44,880 nucleotides of DNA from an uncultured Candidatus Saccharibacteria bacterium (GTDB lineage Bacteria > Patescibacteriota > Minisyncoccia > UBA6257 > UBA11618). Shown here piece after piece: positions 9,030 to 19,086 of this stretch (position 1 is the stretch's first letter; every line of letters starts with the position of its first letter). A program made the position numbers and the translations under genes. Below the pieces are notes generated by a model. It worked only from the letters and a program-made list of their open reading frames with translations, had not been told where the DNA came from and did not search any database. The stretch covers positions 1 to 44,880 of the forward strand of contig CAZATK010000002.1 of assembly GCA_964488085.1 (NCBI GenBank), written 5' to 3'.

Positions 9030-10150
9030 GAGTTAATTGTATCATTTAGATGGCTAATTACCAATATATCCTTAGCTATAACTTCTGCCGCGTTTGGTTT
9101 TGCAAATAATCTAGCCGCTTCAGACATTTTATTATATAAATTTTTATCAGAAAGTATTTTTTCTACTTGATTTAAAAATGTTTCAGCAGAAAGATTATTT
9201 TCTTCTATGACAATACCCGCGCCACTTTTAGCGTATTCAATGGCATTAATCTTTTGATGATTATTGGCTGATTCCGGCAAAGGAATCAAAATCGATGGTT
9301 TTTCAAAGAATGCTATTTCAAATATGGATGAGCCAGAACGAGATATTATCAAATCGGCGGCCGAATAGGCCTCGCTGATATTATTTTTAAAAAAAGCAAA
9401 GCACTTATACCTCTCTTTAACGCTTTCCGGCCAATTTTTGCTTATAGAATTATATGATTCGATATATTTTTGATGATTAGCTGAACCAACTTGGTGCAAT
9501 ATTTGAAATTTGGGCAAAAAAAGTTCTAAATTTTTTAATATAAAATTGTTAATTCTTTGTGCCCCTTGTGACCCTCCTAAAATTAAAATTACAAAATCTT
9601 TTTCTTTGAAATTAAAACTTTTTTTTGCTTCTAGCTCATTTATCTTCTTATTGACAATTTCTTCTCTTAATGGTATTCCAACTACACTTGTATTTTTATT
9701 GGGAAAATATTTTTTAGTATAATCCCATCCTAATTCAATTTTTACGGCTAGTTTCCCCGATAATCTATTGGTAATGCCAGGTATTGTATCTGATTCATGA
9801 ATAATTATTGGTATTCTATATATCCAGCACGCTAAAAGCACCGGAAGCGCGCCTGTTCCCCCTTTAGAAAAGGCGACATCAGGCATGAATAGCGCTATTT
9901 TTAATAGTGACTGAATAATGCTGATTGGTATTTTGATAAAATCTATAAAATTTAACCATGACCAATAACGACGAAATTTAGCGCCTAATATTTTTTCTAT
10001 GGCAATGTTTTCCGATTTTAAATAATTGTTGTAGCTACTATTGGGACCATAATATCTAATTTCAGCTAACTGTCTTAATTTTTTGGCTACGCTTGCTAAT
10101 GGATATATATGACCGCCCGTTCCTCCGCCGGTTAAAAGTATTTTCGTCAT
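9026..10150 (-). CDS. murG: undecaprenyl-PP-MurNAc-pentapeptide GlcNAc transferase
   Basis: ILLTGGGTGGHIYP N-terminus, GGSQGA motif, and dcw context. Confidence 0.9.
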   Translation of the reverse strand: MTKILLTGGGTGGHIYPLASVAKKLRQLAEIRYYGPNSSYNNYLKSENIAIEKILGAKFRRYWSWLNFIDFIKIPISIIQSLLKIALFMPDVAFSKGGTGALPVLLACWIYRIPIIIHESDTIPGITNRLSGKLAVKIELGWDYTKKYFPNKNTSVVGIPLREEIVNKKINELEAKKSFNFKEKDFVILILGGSQGAQRINNFILKNLELFLPKFQILHQVGSANHQKYIESYNSISKNWPESVKERYKCFAFFKNNISEAYSAADLIISRSGSSIFEIAFFEKPSILIPLPESANNHQKINAIEYAKSGAGIVIEENNLSAETFLNQVEKILSDKNLYNKMSEAARLFAKPNAAEVIAKDILVISHLNDTINS

Positions 10151-11283
10151 TATTTATTGGAATATTTAGATATGTTATTTGCAATTCCTATAATTGTCAT
10201 AAAAATAGCTAGGGCAGTTCCGCCATAACTAATAAACGGCAGAGGTGTGCCAGTTAGGGGTAATAGCCCAGAAATCGCTCCGATATTAACAAAAGATTGC
10301 AGAGCAATCAAGCACCCAAAACCAACTAATAAAAGCTGTCCAAATTTATCTCTAACCTTTTTAGCAATTAAAAATATTCTTAAAATCAGCATAAGCAGAA
10401 GTCCTATTAAAGTAATACTGCCAACAAATCCAAATTCTTCGGCAACGACTGCAAAGATTGAATCGTGGAGCGGTTCTGGTAAATAATTTATTTTTGTTGT
10501 TGACTGACCATAACCTACCCCCCAGAGACCACCCGAACCAATAGCAATTTTAGCTTGGTTTACTTGATATCCAGAAGTTTGTAAATTTTGTTCTGGCTTC
10601 AAAAAGGCAGAAATACGATCCCAACGATAGGGGCTGGTGTAAATAGCGATGCCCAATACTGAAGCGACGAGAGCTATAATGCAAATTATATAAATAAAAC
10701 GAGTTCCGCTTGCAAAATACATGGCTATTGATGTCGCGACTAAAATTATGGCGGTGCTGGTAGCTGGTTGTTTAATTAGCAGAAAAAATATTGATCCCAA
10801 AATAATTAAAAACGGTACAAGTCCTTTGCTAAAATTCTTCTGTCTCTGATCATCATGGCTTAACCAAGCGGCAAGGTAAATTATAAATATTAATTTTATT
10901 ATTTCTGAAGGTTGGAAACTAATGGGGCCTAGTTGAATCCAGCGTGTTGCGCCTCCAATATTTATTCCTAAGGGCGTAAATATTAATAACAGAAGAATAA
11001 CCCCAATAATTAATAGTGGTAAGGCCAATTTTTCGTGATAGCGATAATAAATTTTTGCGCCCAGCAAAAATCCTATTAATCCTAAACTTAATCCATAAAA
11101 AATTTGGTGTTTTAAGTAGTAATAACTATTTCCGATATCTTCTTTTGCTAAATATGATGAGGCGCTACTTAAAACAACCAAGCCAAAAATAATTAACAAT
11201 ACAGTGGTGAATATAAGAATATAGTCATTATGACCGCCACTTTTTAAGATTTTAAGTTTGCTTATCATGCAAGATATGGCCAA
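10150..11283 (-). CDS. ftsW: SEDS-family FtsW/RodA
   Basis: Polytopic membrane protein with LPLTGTPLPFISYGGTA. The start could be an internal Met (11268), because 11283 overlaps the upstream gene by 32 nt. Confidence 0.88.
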   Translation of the reverse strand: MAISCMISKLKILKSGGHNDYILIFTTVLLIIFGLVVLSSASSYLAKEDIGNSYYYLKHQIFYGLSLGLIGFLLGAKIYYRYHEKLALPLLIIGVILLLLIFTPLGINIGGATRWIQLGPISFQPSEIIKLIFIIYLAAWLSHDDQRQKNFSKGLVPFLIILGSIFFLLIKQPATSTAIILVATSIAMYFASGTRFIYIICIIALVASVLGIAIYTSPYRWDRISAFLKPEQNLQTSGYQVNQAKIAIGSGGLWGVGYGQSTTKINYLPEPLHDSIFAVVAEEFGFVGSITLIGLLLMLILRIFLIAKKVRDKFGQLLLVGFGCLIALQSFVNIGAISGLLPLTGTPLPFISYGGTALAIFMTIIGIANNISKYSNK

Positions 11284-12652
11284 AATTTGATTCTCCGTTT
11301 ATCACAACTCTTCGCGCTTCATTATTTTCTAACAGAACTAAATCGGCAAAATAATTTTCTTTTATCATTCCCCTATTTTTTAAATTCAGAATTTGAGCGG
11401 GCAGAGACGTTATTTTAGCAATGGCTTTTTCTAACGGCCAGCGTTTCTCATTGGTTATAGATAAAAAGTTATTAAATGGGGGTTTAATTAGCGCTTTATT
11501 GTCTTCAATTAATTTTAATATCCATTCATAATTAATATTTTTTATTGCGATTAATCCCCTTAAGTCGGTTATTCTCATTAATTCTAAAAGAGCTTTGTTT
11601 TGACTAATTTCTCTGTTTTCTGCAAAATCTTTGATGGTTTTATTAATTAAGTAATTATGTTCGTGCGCCTTTATAATCACAGAGTCGCCTTTTATTTTTG
11701 GCAGTTCCGATAATATTTTTTTTTCGTTGATTGGATTTTTTATTATCAACGTCATTTCTTGTAAATTGCCTTTTTGCGCCCAGAGCGGAAGCAATGTATA
11801 AAAAGGAACAATGTTGGTATCTGTTGGAGAAACCGCAAAGAAGAATCCATCTCCCCCTCTTTGAATAATTTCGTATCCTAATTCAAATTCTTTTTCAAAA
11901 TCTAGAAACGGCAAGAAACGATTAACAATAGTTTTGGCTCCAGTATTTTTATAAATATCATATATTTCATTCACTGATTTCACTATTTCTTCTTTTTCGT
12001 TGCGGAGGTGGGTAGTGTAAATAGCATTGTATTTTGCCACCACAGAAACTAATTCTTTTACTTCTTTTTGAGGCGTTTGTCTTTCATGAGCATAATTTAA
12101 GCCAGTTGATAAACCTTTGGCGCCTTCTTTCAGGGCTTGTTCTAGGATTGTCTTAAACATTGATGTTTCTGGATCCGTTAAATCAGTGGAACTTTCTCCC
12201 ACCAAATCTCTTCTTATAGTTGAATGTCCTACTAAACTGCAGAAATTAATTCCCATTGGCAATTTTTTTATTGTTTTAGTAAATTCCTGAAAAGTATGCC
12301 AATTTACATTAATTTGATTAATGTCCGTCCATTTTCTTATTGATTTTAATGAGCCATATAAAAGTGGCGCTAGAGACGCTCCCCCGTGTCCGCCAACTGT
12401 CGTTGTTATGCCTTGTTTTGTTAAATCTTGTTGTTTGGGATTAGTAAAAATTGATAAGTCGTGGTCAATTTCTGAATTAACATCTATAAATCCTGGAACT
12501 AAATAATTGCCCAAGCCCTCTATTGTGACTTCTGTTTTTTTGTTGGAAAAATTGCCGATAGCCGATATTTTTTCTCCAGAAATTAAAACATCTCCCGGAA
12601 AAGCCGGCTTGCCGGAACCGTCAATAATCTTGACGTTTTTAATGAGAATCAT
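11252..12652 (-). CDS. D-aminoacylase-like amidohydrolase-fold protein, metal-ligand motif degenerate
   Basis: KNVKIIDGSG...GFIDVNSEIDHD, where the family has DxHxH. GITTTVGGHGG, YTTHLRNE, and C-terminal SLPAQILNLKNRGMIKENYFADLVLL. Confidence 0.7.
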   Translation of the reverse strand: MILIKNVKIIDGSGKPAFPGDVLISGEKISAIGNFSNKKTEVTIEGLGNYLVPGFIDVNSEIDHDLSIFTNPKQQDLTKQGITTTVGGHGGASLAPLLYGSLKSIRKWTDINQINVNWHTFQEFTKTIKKLPMGINFCSLVGHSTIRRDLVGESSTDLTDPETSMFKTILEQALKEGAKGLSTGLNYAHERQTPQKEVKELVSVVAKYNAIYTTHLRNEKEEIVKSVNEIYDIYKNTGAKTIVNRFLPFLDFEKEFELGYEIIQRGGDGFFFAVSPTDTNIVPFYTLLPLWAQKGNLQEMTLIIKNPINEKKILSELPKIKGDSVIIKAHEHNYLINKTIKDFAENREISQNKALLELMRITDLRGLIAIKNINYEWILKLIEDNKALIKPPFNNFLSITNEKRWPLEKAIAKITSLPAQILNLKNRGMIKENYFADLVLLENNEARRVVINGESNFGHILHDKQT

Positions 12653-12684
12653 TGATTAGATTATAGCACGAAACAACCCCCTCT

Positions 12685-13710
12685 TTATAAAAACCTATTT
12701 AAGAAAAATAGAATCAATCCAATTGTTGTTGTTACCACCGAAACAATCCAGAATCTCATTGTGATTTGTGATTCTGGCCATCCGATTGCTTCAAAATGGT
12801 GATGAATGGGCGTTGATAAAAATATTTTTCTGCCAAAAAGTTTTTTACTGGTTAATTGCACTATTACTGACAGAGATTCAATAACTGGAATAAAAGCAAA
12901 AAAAGGCAAAAACAACGCCGTATTAGTTAGCATCGCCATGACTCCTAATGTAATTCCCAAGGCCATCGCCCCTGTATCGCCCATAAAAAATTTTGCCGGA
13001 TAAATATTGAACCAAAGAAAGGCAAGTAGTGACCCGACTATAGCGGCGCTGAAAGATGCCAATGAGAAACGCCCCAGAGTAAAAGCAACGACAGTTAACG
13101 CGGCAAAAGAGAAAAGCATTACTCCGCCCGCTAACCCATCCAGCCCATCTGTTTCGTTTACAGAAAAAGCGCTGGCGATAATTATAAACATGAAAAATGG
13201 AATATATAACCAACCAATGCTTACATTCCCCCAAAACGGCACATTCAAAACATCCCATCCCAAACGATAGTAAAACCACATTGCGCCAACAAAGGCGACG
13301 AATGTGTATAAGGCCAATTTATGCCTGACAGACAACCCACCTCCATGCGGACCAATTTTTAAGATACCCAATATGTCATCAGATAATCCTAAAATTCCCG
13401 CTATTAATATCGTTACTATTGGCAAATAAGTTTGAGCGCGATCCACAAAATTCAATAAAGGATGAAACCAGAAAATTGTCACTAATAAAATAACAGTTCC
13501 CCAAATAATAACTCCCCCAGCTGTTGGCGTGCCACTCTTTTTCTGATGGAGCTGTGAAAATATTGGAGCTCTCTCGCTAGTTCTAATTTGTTTGTTGGCC
13601 TGATATTTAAATAAAATTTTTGTTAGTACGGGCACGAATAATAAAGCCGTCAAAAAAGAGACAATAGATATGCTAAAAACTTTTATAGCTTGTAATATTG
13701 AAAAATCCAT
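12685..13710 (-). CDS. mraY: phospho-N-acetylmuramoyl-pentapeptide transferase
   Basis: Ten-TM-type profile, motifs NETDGLDGLAGG and MGDTGAMALG, and dcw context. Confidence 0.92.
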   Translation of the reverse strand: MDFSILQAIKVFSISIVSFLTALLFVPVLTKILFKYQANKQIRTSERAPIFSQLHQKKSGTPTAGGVIIWGTVILLVTIFWFHPLLNFVDRAQTYLPIVTILIAGILGLSDDILGILKIGPHGGGLSVRHKLALYTFVAFVGAMWFYYRLGWDVLNVPFWGNVSIGWLYIPFFMFIIIASAFSVNETDGLDGLAGGVMLFSFAALTVVAFTLGRFSLASFSAAIVGSLLAFLWFNIYPAKFFMGDTGAMALGITLGVMAMLTNTALFLPFFAFIPVIESLSVIVQLTSKKLFGRKIFLSTPIHHHFEAIGWPESQITMRFWIVSVVTTTIGLILFFLNRFL

Positions 13711-14510
13711 TCCAATAAATTTTTTGTTTGCTCAAACCTTTCAATTTTGTTTGCGGTGCCAAGGGCAATAATTAATATGGGTTTTTGCGGTGAAGAAAAA
13801 ACTGATATTAAATTTCCGCTTGCCTCATCTGTCCAGCCAGTTTTGCCTCCAAGAAAATCCGACCGTTCAACGAATTTGTTTATATTAACATATTTCAAGC
13901 CGTTAATATTCAACTCCCTTTCTCTGCTCCACTGTAGTATTTGGGGGCGGTATATGCTGATATAACGCACTAGCTTATACAGATCATTAGTGGTTGATTG
14001 GTTTAAAAATGATAAACCACTAGGATCAAAAAAGCTAGTTTGATACATCCCTAATTCGTTGGCTTTTTGGTTCATAGCTTCTATGAAATTTTCATTGCCA
14101 AATATATTAGCTAATTGATCTGCCGCATCGTTATCGGATATCAGCATCATTGCTTTTATTAAATTTTCTATTTGATTGTTTTTCTCTATTTTTTCTAAAG
14201 CAATGACACCGGTCATAAGTTTAGTGAGTGAAGCAATAGGCCAGCGTTGTTGAGGATTTAATTCATAAAATATCGTTTCGCCGTTTAGTTCTCGAGCTAA
14301 GGCGGATTGGCCTTTAAAATTAAATGGTAATTCTAAAATCGGCTCTTGAGCGGGCGCTGTATTAATTATTAAACTAGAAGAAAGTATGTTTTGATCAATT
14401 GTATTGTTTTTTTGGAAATTATCTTTTTTGGGTTGAGTCAGCATTAAAGAAAATAAAATAACCAATACAAAAATAAATGGCTGAATCGCTTTATTTCTAA
14501 AAAAATTCAT
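13683..14510 (-). CDS. serine-type D-Ala-D-Ala carboxypeptidase (peptidase S11)
   Basis: SLTK (SxxK), SDN and KTGWT motifs, with a signal anchor. Confidence 0.85.
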   Translation of the reverse strand: MNFFRNKAIQPFIFVLVILFSLMLTQPKKDNFQKNNTIDQNILSSSLIINTAPAQEPILELPFNFKGQSALARELNGETIFYELNPQQRWPIASLTKLMTGVIALEKIEKNNQIENLIKAMMLISDNDAADQLANIFGNENFIEAMNQKANELGMYQTSFFDPSGLSFLNQSTTNDLYKLVRYISIYRPQILQWSRERELNINGLKYVNINKFVERSDFLGGKTGWTDEASGNLISVFSSPQKPILIIALGTANKIERFEQTKNLLEWIFQYYKL

Positions 14511-14529
14511 TATCTGCTACTTTTATTTT

Positions 14530-15621
14530 ATGTCGTTGGCGCTTTATCGTAAATATAGACCAAAAAATCTTGATGACCTAATCGGCCAATCTTATTTAGT
14601 TGATGTTTTTCGTAATGCTGCCAAAAAAAAGAAACTCGCTCACGCTTATATTTTTTATGGACCAAGAGGAACTGGCAAAACAACAACAGCTCGTTTAGTG
14701 GCCAAAATTGCTAACTGTTTATCGGAAGAAAATTTGTCCAAGTTTGGTGAGCCGTGCAATAAATGTTCGGTGTGCCGAGAAATTGATAACGGTCAGGCAA
14801 TGGATGTGATAGAAATTGACGCGGCATCAAACAGGGGTATAGATGAAATTCGAGATTTAAAAAACAGCATCCGGCTTTTTCCCAACTTTTGTCGCTACAA
14901 GATATTTATTATTGACGAAGCGCATATGTTAACCAAGGAGGCCTTTAACGCGCTTTTAAAAACTTTGGAAGAACCGCCAGAACACGCAATTTTAATTTTA
15001 GCTACCACGGAATACGAAAAAATTCCGGCTACTATATCCTCTAGAGCCCAGCGTTTTCATTTTAATAAATTATCTTTGGCGGATATTATCGGAAAATTAA
15101 AAATTATAATTGCTAAAGAAAAATTTAAAATTACCGGTGATGCGATAGAGTTGATTGCGTCTGCGGCAGAGGGCAGTTTGCGCGACGCCGAATCTCTTTT
15201 GGACCAAGTTGTTTCATTGTCCGGGGAAGCCGATTTAAAAGTTGTTGAAAATATAATTGGCAAGGTTGGATTTAAAAGAATTGCGGACTTAACTGATTTA
15301 ATAATAAATCGTAATTTAAGTGGTAGTTTAAAATTTTTACATCAACTCAATAATTCCGGCGCTAATTTAGTGGAGTTTAATAAGGAATTGATAAATTATT
15401 TGCGTCGAGTGTTGGCCTTAAGTTGCGATAAAGATATGGAAACGGTTTTTCAAAAAGATTTAATTAAGGACGAAATCAGCAAAATAAAAATTCATAGTCA
15501 AAAAATAAGCAAAGAAAAGTTGATTAGCTTGTTGCGCGCTCTTATAAAAGCTTATAGCGACATGCGCTATTCTCCTTTTCCACATATCCCTATAGAACTT
15601 GCTTTAATTGAAAACTTATGA
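14530..15621 (+). CDS. dnaX: DNA polymerase III subunit gamma/tau (short)
   Basis: GPRGTGKTT Walker A, IIDEAHML, zinc module CNKCSVCREI, and SRAQRF sensor. Confidence 0.9.
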   Translation: MSLALYRKYRPKNLDDLIGQSYLVDVFRNAAKKKKLAHAYIFYGPRGTGKTTTARLVAKIANCLSEENLSKFGEPCNKCSVCREIDNGQAMDVIEIDAASNRGIDEIRDLKNSIRLFPNFCRYKIFIIDEAHMLTKEAFNALLKTLEEPPEHAILILATTEYEKIPATISSRAQRFHFNKLSLADIIGKLKIIIAKEKFKITGDAIELIASAAEGSLRDAESLLDQVVSLSGEADLKVVENIIGKVGFKRIADLTDLIINRNLSGSLKFLHQLNNSGANLVEFNKELINYLRRVLALSCDKDMETVFQKDLIKDEISKIKIHSQKISKEKLISLLRALIKAYSDMRYSPFPHIPIELALIENL

Positions 15622-15636
15622 TAAGATGGACCCACT

Positions 15637-16809
15637 ATGAAAAATGTTAACTATCTATTACTAGTCGCTTTTGTCAGTTCTTTTTTGAACTTTAGTCCGG
15701 TCGTAGCTGATGGCGGAGTTCGTAAAATCGTTGTTTGGAAAGACGGTGTTGATGGTTTTGGTGGAGTGGAAAAAGATAATTTAATAAAAAAACATGGCGG
15801 AGCCAAGCATAAAGATTTGGATATAGTTAATGGTTCTGTTGTTTCATTGTCAAATGAAGCAGTGGCGGATTTATTGAAAAAAAATCCAAAAGTTTTGAGA
15901 GTTGATGATGATGTAGAGGTGTTTACTTTGGCGAAGTCGAATGTTTCGGCTCAAGCGGTGCAGGTTTTGCCTTGGGGTATAGATAGGGTTGATGCTGAAT
16001 TAGTTTGGCCAACAGGCAATAATGCCAATCCTATTAAAGTTGCTGTCATTGATACTGGTATTTCTAAAGATCATCCAGATTTAAAAAATAATATTAAGGG
16101 AGGCGTTAATACTATTAATTCTCGTAAAAGTTGGAATGACGACAACGGTCACGGTTCTCACGTTGCCGGTATTATTGGCGCTGTAAATGACGCTTATGGC
16201 GTAGTCGGAGTTGCTCCATTAGTTGATCTTTATGCGGTAAAGGTTTTAAGTGCCAGTGGCTCCGGTTATCTTTCCGATGTAATAGAAGGATTACAGTGGT
16301 CAGCAACTAATGGTATGAAGGTTGCTAATATGAGCTTAGGGACATCATCTGACATTCAGTCTTTTCACGATGCGGTTATTGCCGCTCGCAATGCTGGTGT
16401 GGTTTTGGTAGCGGCTGCCGGTAATAGTGGCGCAGCGGTTGGTTTTCCAGCGGCCTATTCTGAAGTAATTGCAGTATCAGCTACCGATTCTAATAATAAT
16501 TTAGCTTCTTTTTCCAGCCGTGGGCCGGAAGTTGATTTAGCGGCTCCGGGCGTTAGTATTTTCTCTACTTATAAAGGAAGCAATTATGCAACTTTATCCG
16601 GGACATCAATGGCTTCGCCTCATGTAGCCGGTTCTGCGGCGCTGGTATTAAATACTTCAGTGGGTGCTTATGATTTGGATGCTGATGGCCTTTGGGATCC
16701 AGTAGAAGTGCAAAATAAATTACAAGGCAAGTCTGTTGATTTGGGTGTGGCCGGATTTGATAATTTATTTGGCTGGGGGTTGGTGAATGCTTGGAATGCG
16801 GTGCAATAG
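15637..16809 (+). CDS. secreted subtilisin-like serine protease (S8) with I9-like propeptide
   Basis: Signal peptide and catalytic triad contexts VIDTGI, HGSHVAGI and SGTSMASPHVAG. Counted 60-nt lines give 45% and 62% GC. Confidence 0.9.
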   Translation: MKNVNYLLLVAFVSSFLNFSPVVADGGVRKIVVWKDGVDGFGGVEKDNLIKKHGGAKHKDLDIVNGSVVSLSNEAVADLLKKNPKVLRVDDDVEVFTLAKSNVSAQAVQVLPWGIDRVDAELVWPTGNNANPIKVAVIDTGISKDHPDLKNNIKGGVNTINSRKSWNDDNGHGSHVAGIIGAVNDAYGVVGVAPLVDLYAVKVLSASGSGYLSDVIEGLQWSATNGMKVANMSLGTSSDIQSFHDAVIAARNAGVVLVAAAGNSGAAVGFPAAYSEVIAVSATDSNNNLASFSSRGPEVDLAAPGVSIFSTYKGSNYATLSGTSMASPHVAGSAALVLNTSVGAYDLDADGLWDPVEVQNKLQGKSVDLGVAGFDNLFGWGLVNAWNAVQ

Positions 16810-16835
16810 ATTAAAGTTTATCTGTTAAAACAGCA

Positions 16836-16867
16836 AAAGCCCCCATTTGTTTCAGGTGGGGGTTTTT
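16836..16867 (+). terminator. rho-independent terminator
   Basis: aaaagccccca ... tgggggtttt followed by a T-run. Confidence 0.6.
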
Positions 16868-16884
16868 GTTAATATTACAAGCAC

Positions 16885-16955
16885 TGCCGGATCGTCTAAT
16901 GGTAGGACAGGAGCCTTTGAAGCTTCTAATCTTGGTTCGATTCCAAGTCCGGCAG
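16885..16955 (+). tRNA. tRNA-Gln (anticodon UUG)
   Basis: Hand-folded cloverleaf. Acceptor tgccgga/tccggca, D arm gtct-aatggta-ggac, anticodon arm ggagc-CTTTGAA-gcttc, T arm cttgg-ttcgatt-ccaag. No encoded CCA. Confidence 0.9.
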
Positions 16956-16960
16956 CATAA

Positions 16961-16990
16961 AAAAAGCCCCGCATATTGCGGGGCTTTTTT
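16961..16990. terminator. bidirectional hairpin terminator
   Basis: aaaaagccccgc-atatt-gcggggcttttt, with an A-run before and a T-run after. Confidence 0.65.
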
Positions 16991-17003
16991 GTATCAGTAT
17001 ATT

Positions 17004-17144
17004 TTACGCAAACGCCAACAATCCCCAGAGAACACTCATCCCCGCCCAAATGTAATTTACCCAACTAGGCCATTTAAGAAATGTGGTTAGGGCAACCAAA
17101 ACACCAAGTAATACCGGACCGCCAACTGTTGTGTATGTATCCAT
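17004..17144 (-). CDS. possible 46-aa small membrane protein
   Basis: My own translation (below the ORF-track cutoff): MDTYTTVGGPVLLGVLVALTTFLKWPSWVNYIWAGMSVLWGLLAFA. It starts 8 nt downstream of the preceding gene's stop and has two hydrophobic segments. Confidence 0.35.
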   Translation of the reverse strand: MDTYTTVGGPVLLGVLVALTTFLKWPSWVNYIWAGMSVLWGLLAFA

Positions 17145-17151
17145 AATAATA

Positions 17152-17820
17152 TCAATTAAATTTTACCGACCTTTTTAACGCTCTCAATCCAATCAGATGT
17201 AACACTAGGGATATCGGCACAGCAAAAAGCGGAATCATCACTAAAGGATACAATGAAAATTGTTCGGTGGAAATAGCCATTGGTATAAATTGAACGGGTC
17301 TGGGGAAAACTAAAATACCGACGCCTAAGGCAATTATTAAATCAATAATGCCAATAATATTCCAAATAAAAACCGTTTGTTTAGCATACGGTTTTTTTAA
17401 GAAATAAATAATTGCAACTATTGGCGCTGTCACGCCGACAATGATATCGCCGATACCGGCTGGAAAAGCAAAAATAGCGGGCAATAGCTGTTGCTGATAT
17501 AAAGTGAAAAAAACATAGCCCATTATTCTATATGTTTGGATAACTGTTAATAGCGGTATAGAAACTGATTCTACGAAATTTTTTATTGCGGTTGAGGATA
17601 ACAATCTTCTTAAGATATCAAAAAGAATTAGGAAAGCTAAAAGAATATTAGGAGCGAATAAAGGATTTTTAGCAAAAAAACCTAACTTTCCAAGCCAAAC
17701 AACTCCTCCAAACCAAATAAACAAAACCACGCCGCTTATTAAAAAAATCTTCCAGTTTGTACTCTTAAAAATCACTAATAAGGCTAGTAAAATAAATATT
17801 AAAGTTGGGATAATAATCAT
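17152..17820 (-). CDS. integral membrane protein, unknown function
   Basis: 222 aa with about six hydrophobic helices. Follows the helicase gene on the same strand after a 9-nt gap. Confidence 0.7.
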   Translation of the reverse strand: MIIIPTLIFILLALLVIFKSTNWKIFLISGVVLFIWFGGVVWLGKLGFFAKNPLFAPNILLAFLILFDILRRLLSSTAIKNFVESVSIPLLTVIQTYRIMGYVFFTLYQQQLLPAIFAFPAGIGDIIVGVTAPIVAIIYFLKKPYAKQTVFIWNIIGIIDLIIALGVGILVFPRPVQFIPMAISTEQFSLYPLVMIPLFAVPISLVLHLIGLRALKRSVKFN

Positions 17821-17829
17821 TTATGTTAA

Positions 17830-19038
17830 TTATAATCTAAATCTTCTATTTCTATTAAAAGAGCGTGGGCGCTCTTGATGTCTTGCGGGAGGCATGTCTG
17901 GTAATGCGGAAAGTGGCAATGTTGCCTTAATAAGCCGTTCTATATTGCGGATGTCTTGTTTTTGATCGGGCGTGGCAAACGAAATGGCGTGTCCGGCGCC
18001 ACCGATTCTTCCGGTTCGTCCGATACGATGAACATAATCCTCTGGACTTTGAGGAAGATCATAATTCAACACAAGTTCTATGCCTTTTACGTCTATACCA
18101 CGAGAGGCAATGTCAGTAGCAACCAGAATTCGGTAAGTGCCGTTTCGAAATCCTTCAAGCGCTTCTTTGCGCTGATTGAGCGATCGGTTAGAATGAATTT
18201 CCGCCGCTTTATAACCAAGAGAGCGAATGTGCGCAGTAATTCTTTTCGCGCCGAATTTCATTCGGGAAAATATTAGAACTGATCCACGATACTCCATTAA
18301 AATTTTTTCAAGGAGTCGTGGTTTGTCTTGTTTTTGTACGAAAAAAAGTTCTTGAGTAATTTTTTCCGCAAGAGTTCCTGACGGAGCAACTTCAATTCGA
18401 AGCGGAAGTTTCATATGTGTCTGCGCTATAACAACGATGTCTTGTGGCATCGTGGCCGAGAAAAGCATTGTTTGCCGTTCTCGAGGCAAGACATTAAGAA
18501 TGCGATTAAGCTGTGGGGCAAAACCCATATCAAGCATTCGGTCCGCTTCATCAAGAACAAGAATAGCAACGGATTTTAGCGAGACCGTTTTTTGTTCTAA
18601 ATGGTCAATAATTCTTCCCGGAGTCCCAATTACTATTTGTGGATTTTTACGGAGCGCTTGAATTTGACGACTGATTGGTTCTCCCCCAATTAAAACGGCT
18701 GTTCGAACACCTACTGACAATCCGACTTTATGAAAAACATCGCTTACTTGAAGCGCGAGTTCGCGCGTGGGCACAACAATAAGTCCCGGCTTTCCGCTAA
18801 TCGCGGCTTGAATCATAGGTATACCAAAAGCAAGTGTTTTTCCCGTACCAGTTTGAGCAATGCCAATCATATCTTTTCCCTCTATTGCCAATGGTATAGA
18901 TTTATATTGAATTGGCGTAGGAATAGTAAAATTCAGCTTATCAAGTACCGATAAAATATTTGGCGCAATGCCAAGATTATAGAAACCAGATTGCTTAATC
19001 ATTTCGGTCATTATACCATTAAAAGTAGTAAATAGCAA
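17830..19038 (-). CDS. DEAD-box ATP-dependent RNA helicase
   Basis: AQTGTGKT, DEAD (LDEADRM), SAT and HRIGRTGR motifs. The start may be an internal Met (MTEMIK). Confidence 0.92.
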   Translation of the reverse strand: MLFTTFNGIMTEMIKQSGFYNLGIAPNILSVLDKLNFTIPTPIQYKSIPLAIEGKDMIGIAQTGTGKTLAFGIPMIQAAISGKPGLIVVPTRELALQVSDVFHKVGLSVGVRTAVLIGGEPISRQIQALRKNPQIVIGTPGRIIDHLEQKTVSLKSVAILVLDEADRMLDMGFAPQLNRILNVLPRERQTMLFSATMPQDIVVIAQTHMKLPLRIEVAPSGTLAEKITQELFFVQKQDKPRLLEKILMEYRGSVLIFSRMKFGAKRITAHIRSLGYKAAEIHSNRSLNQRKEALEGFRNGTYRILVATDIASRGIDVKGIELVLNYDLPQSPEDYVHRIGRTGRIGGAGHAISFATPDQKQDIRNIERLIKATLPLSALPDMPPARHQERPRSFNRNRRFRL

Positions 19039-19086
19039 TATTTTTGTGTAATTGTAATAATAAATAGGTTATCATAATTTATATAT

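Noticed and set aside
12923-13279. 118-aa minus-strand ORF, with plus-strand ORFs at 12806-13003 and 13007-13270
   Set aside because: They are alternative-frame or antisense ORFs inside mraY, whose frame shows clear family motifs. The alternatives are Cys/Arg-rich nonsense.
16852-17090. 70-aa and 74-aa ORFs, and likewise 28526-28711, the first 16 codons of 28593-29363, and 35860-36048
   Set aside because: They run through tRNA genes (Gln, Gln, Gly). The peptides GLGIEPRL and DPAV are simply translated tRNA sequence.
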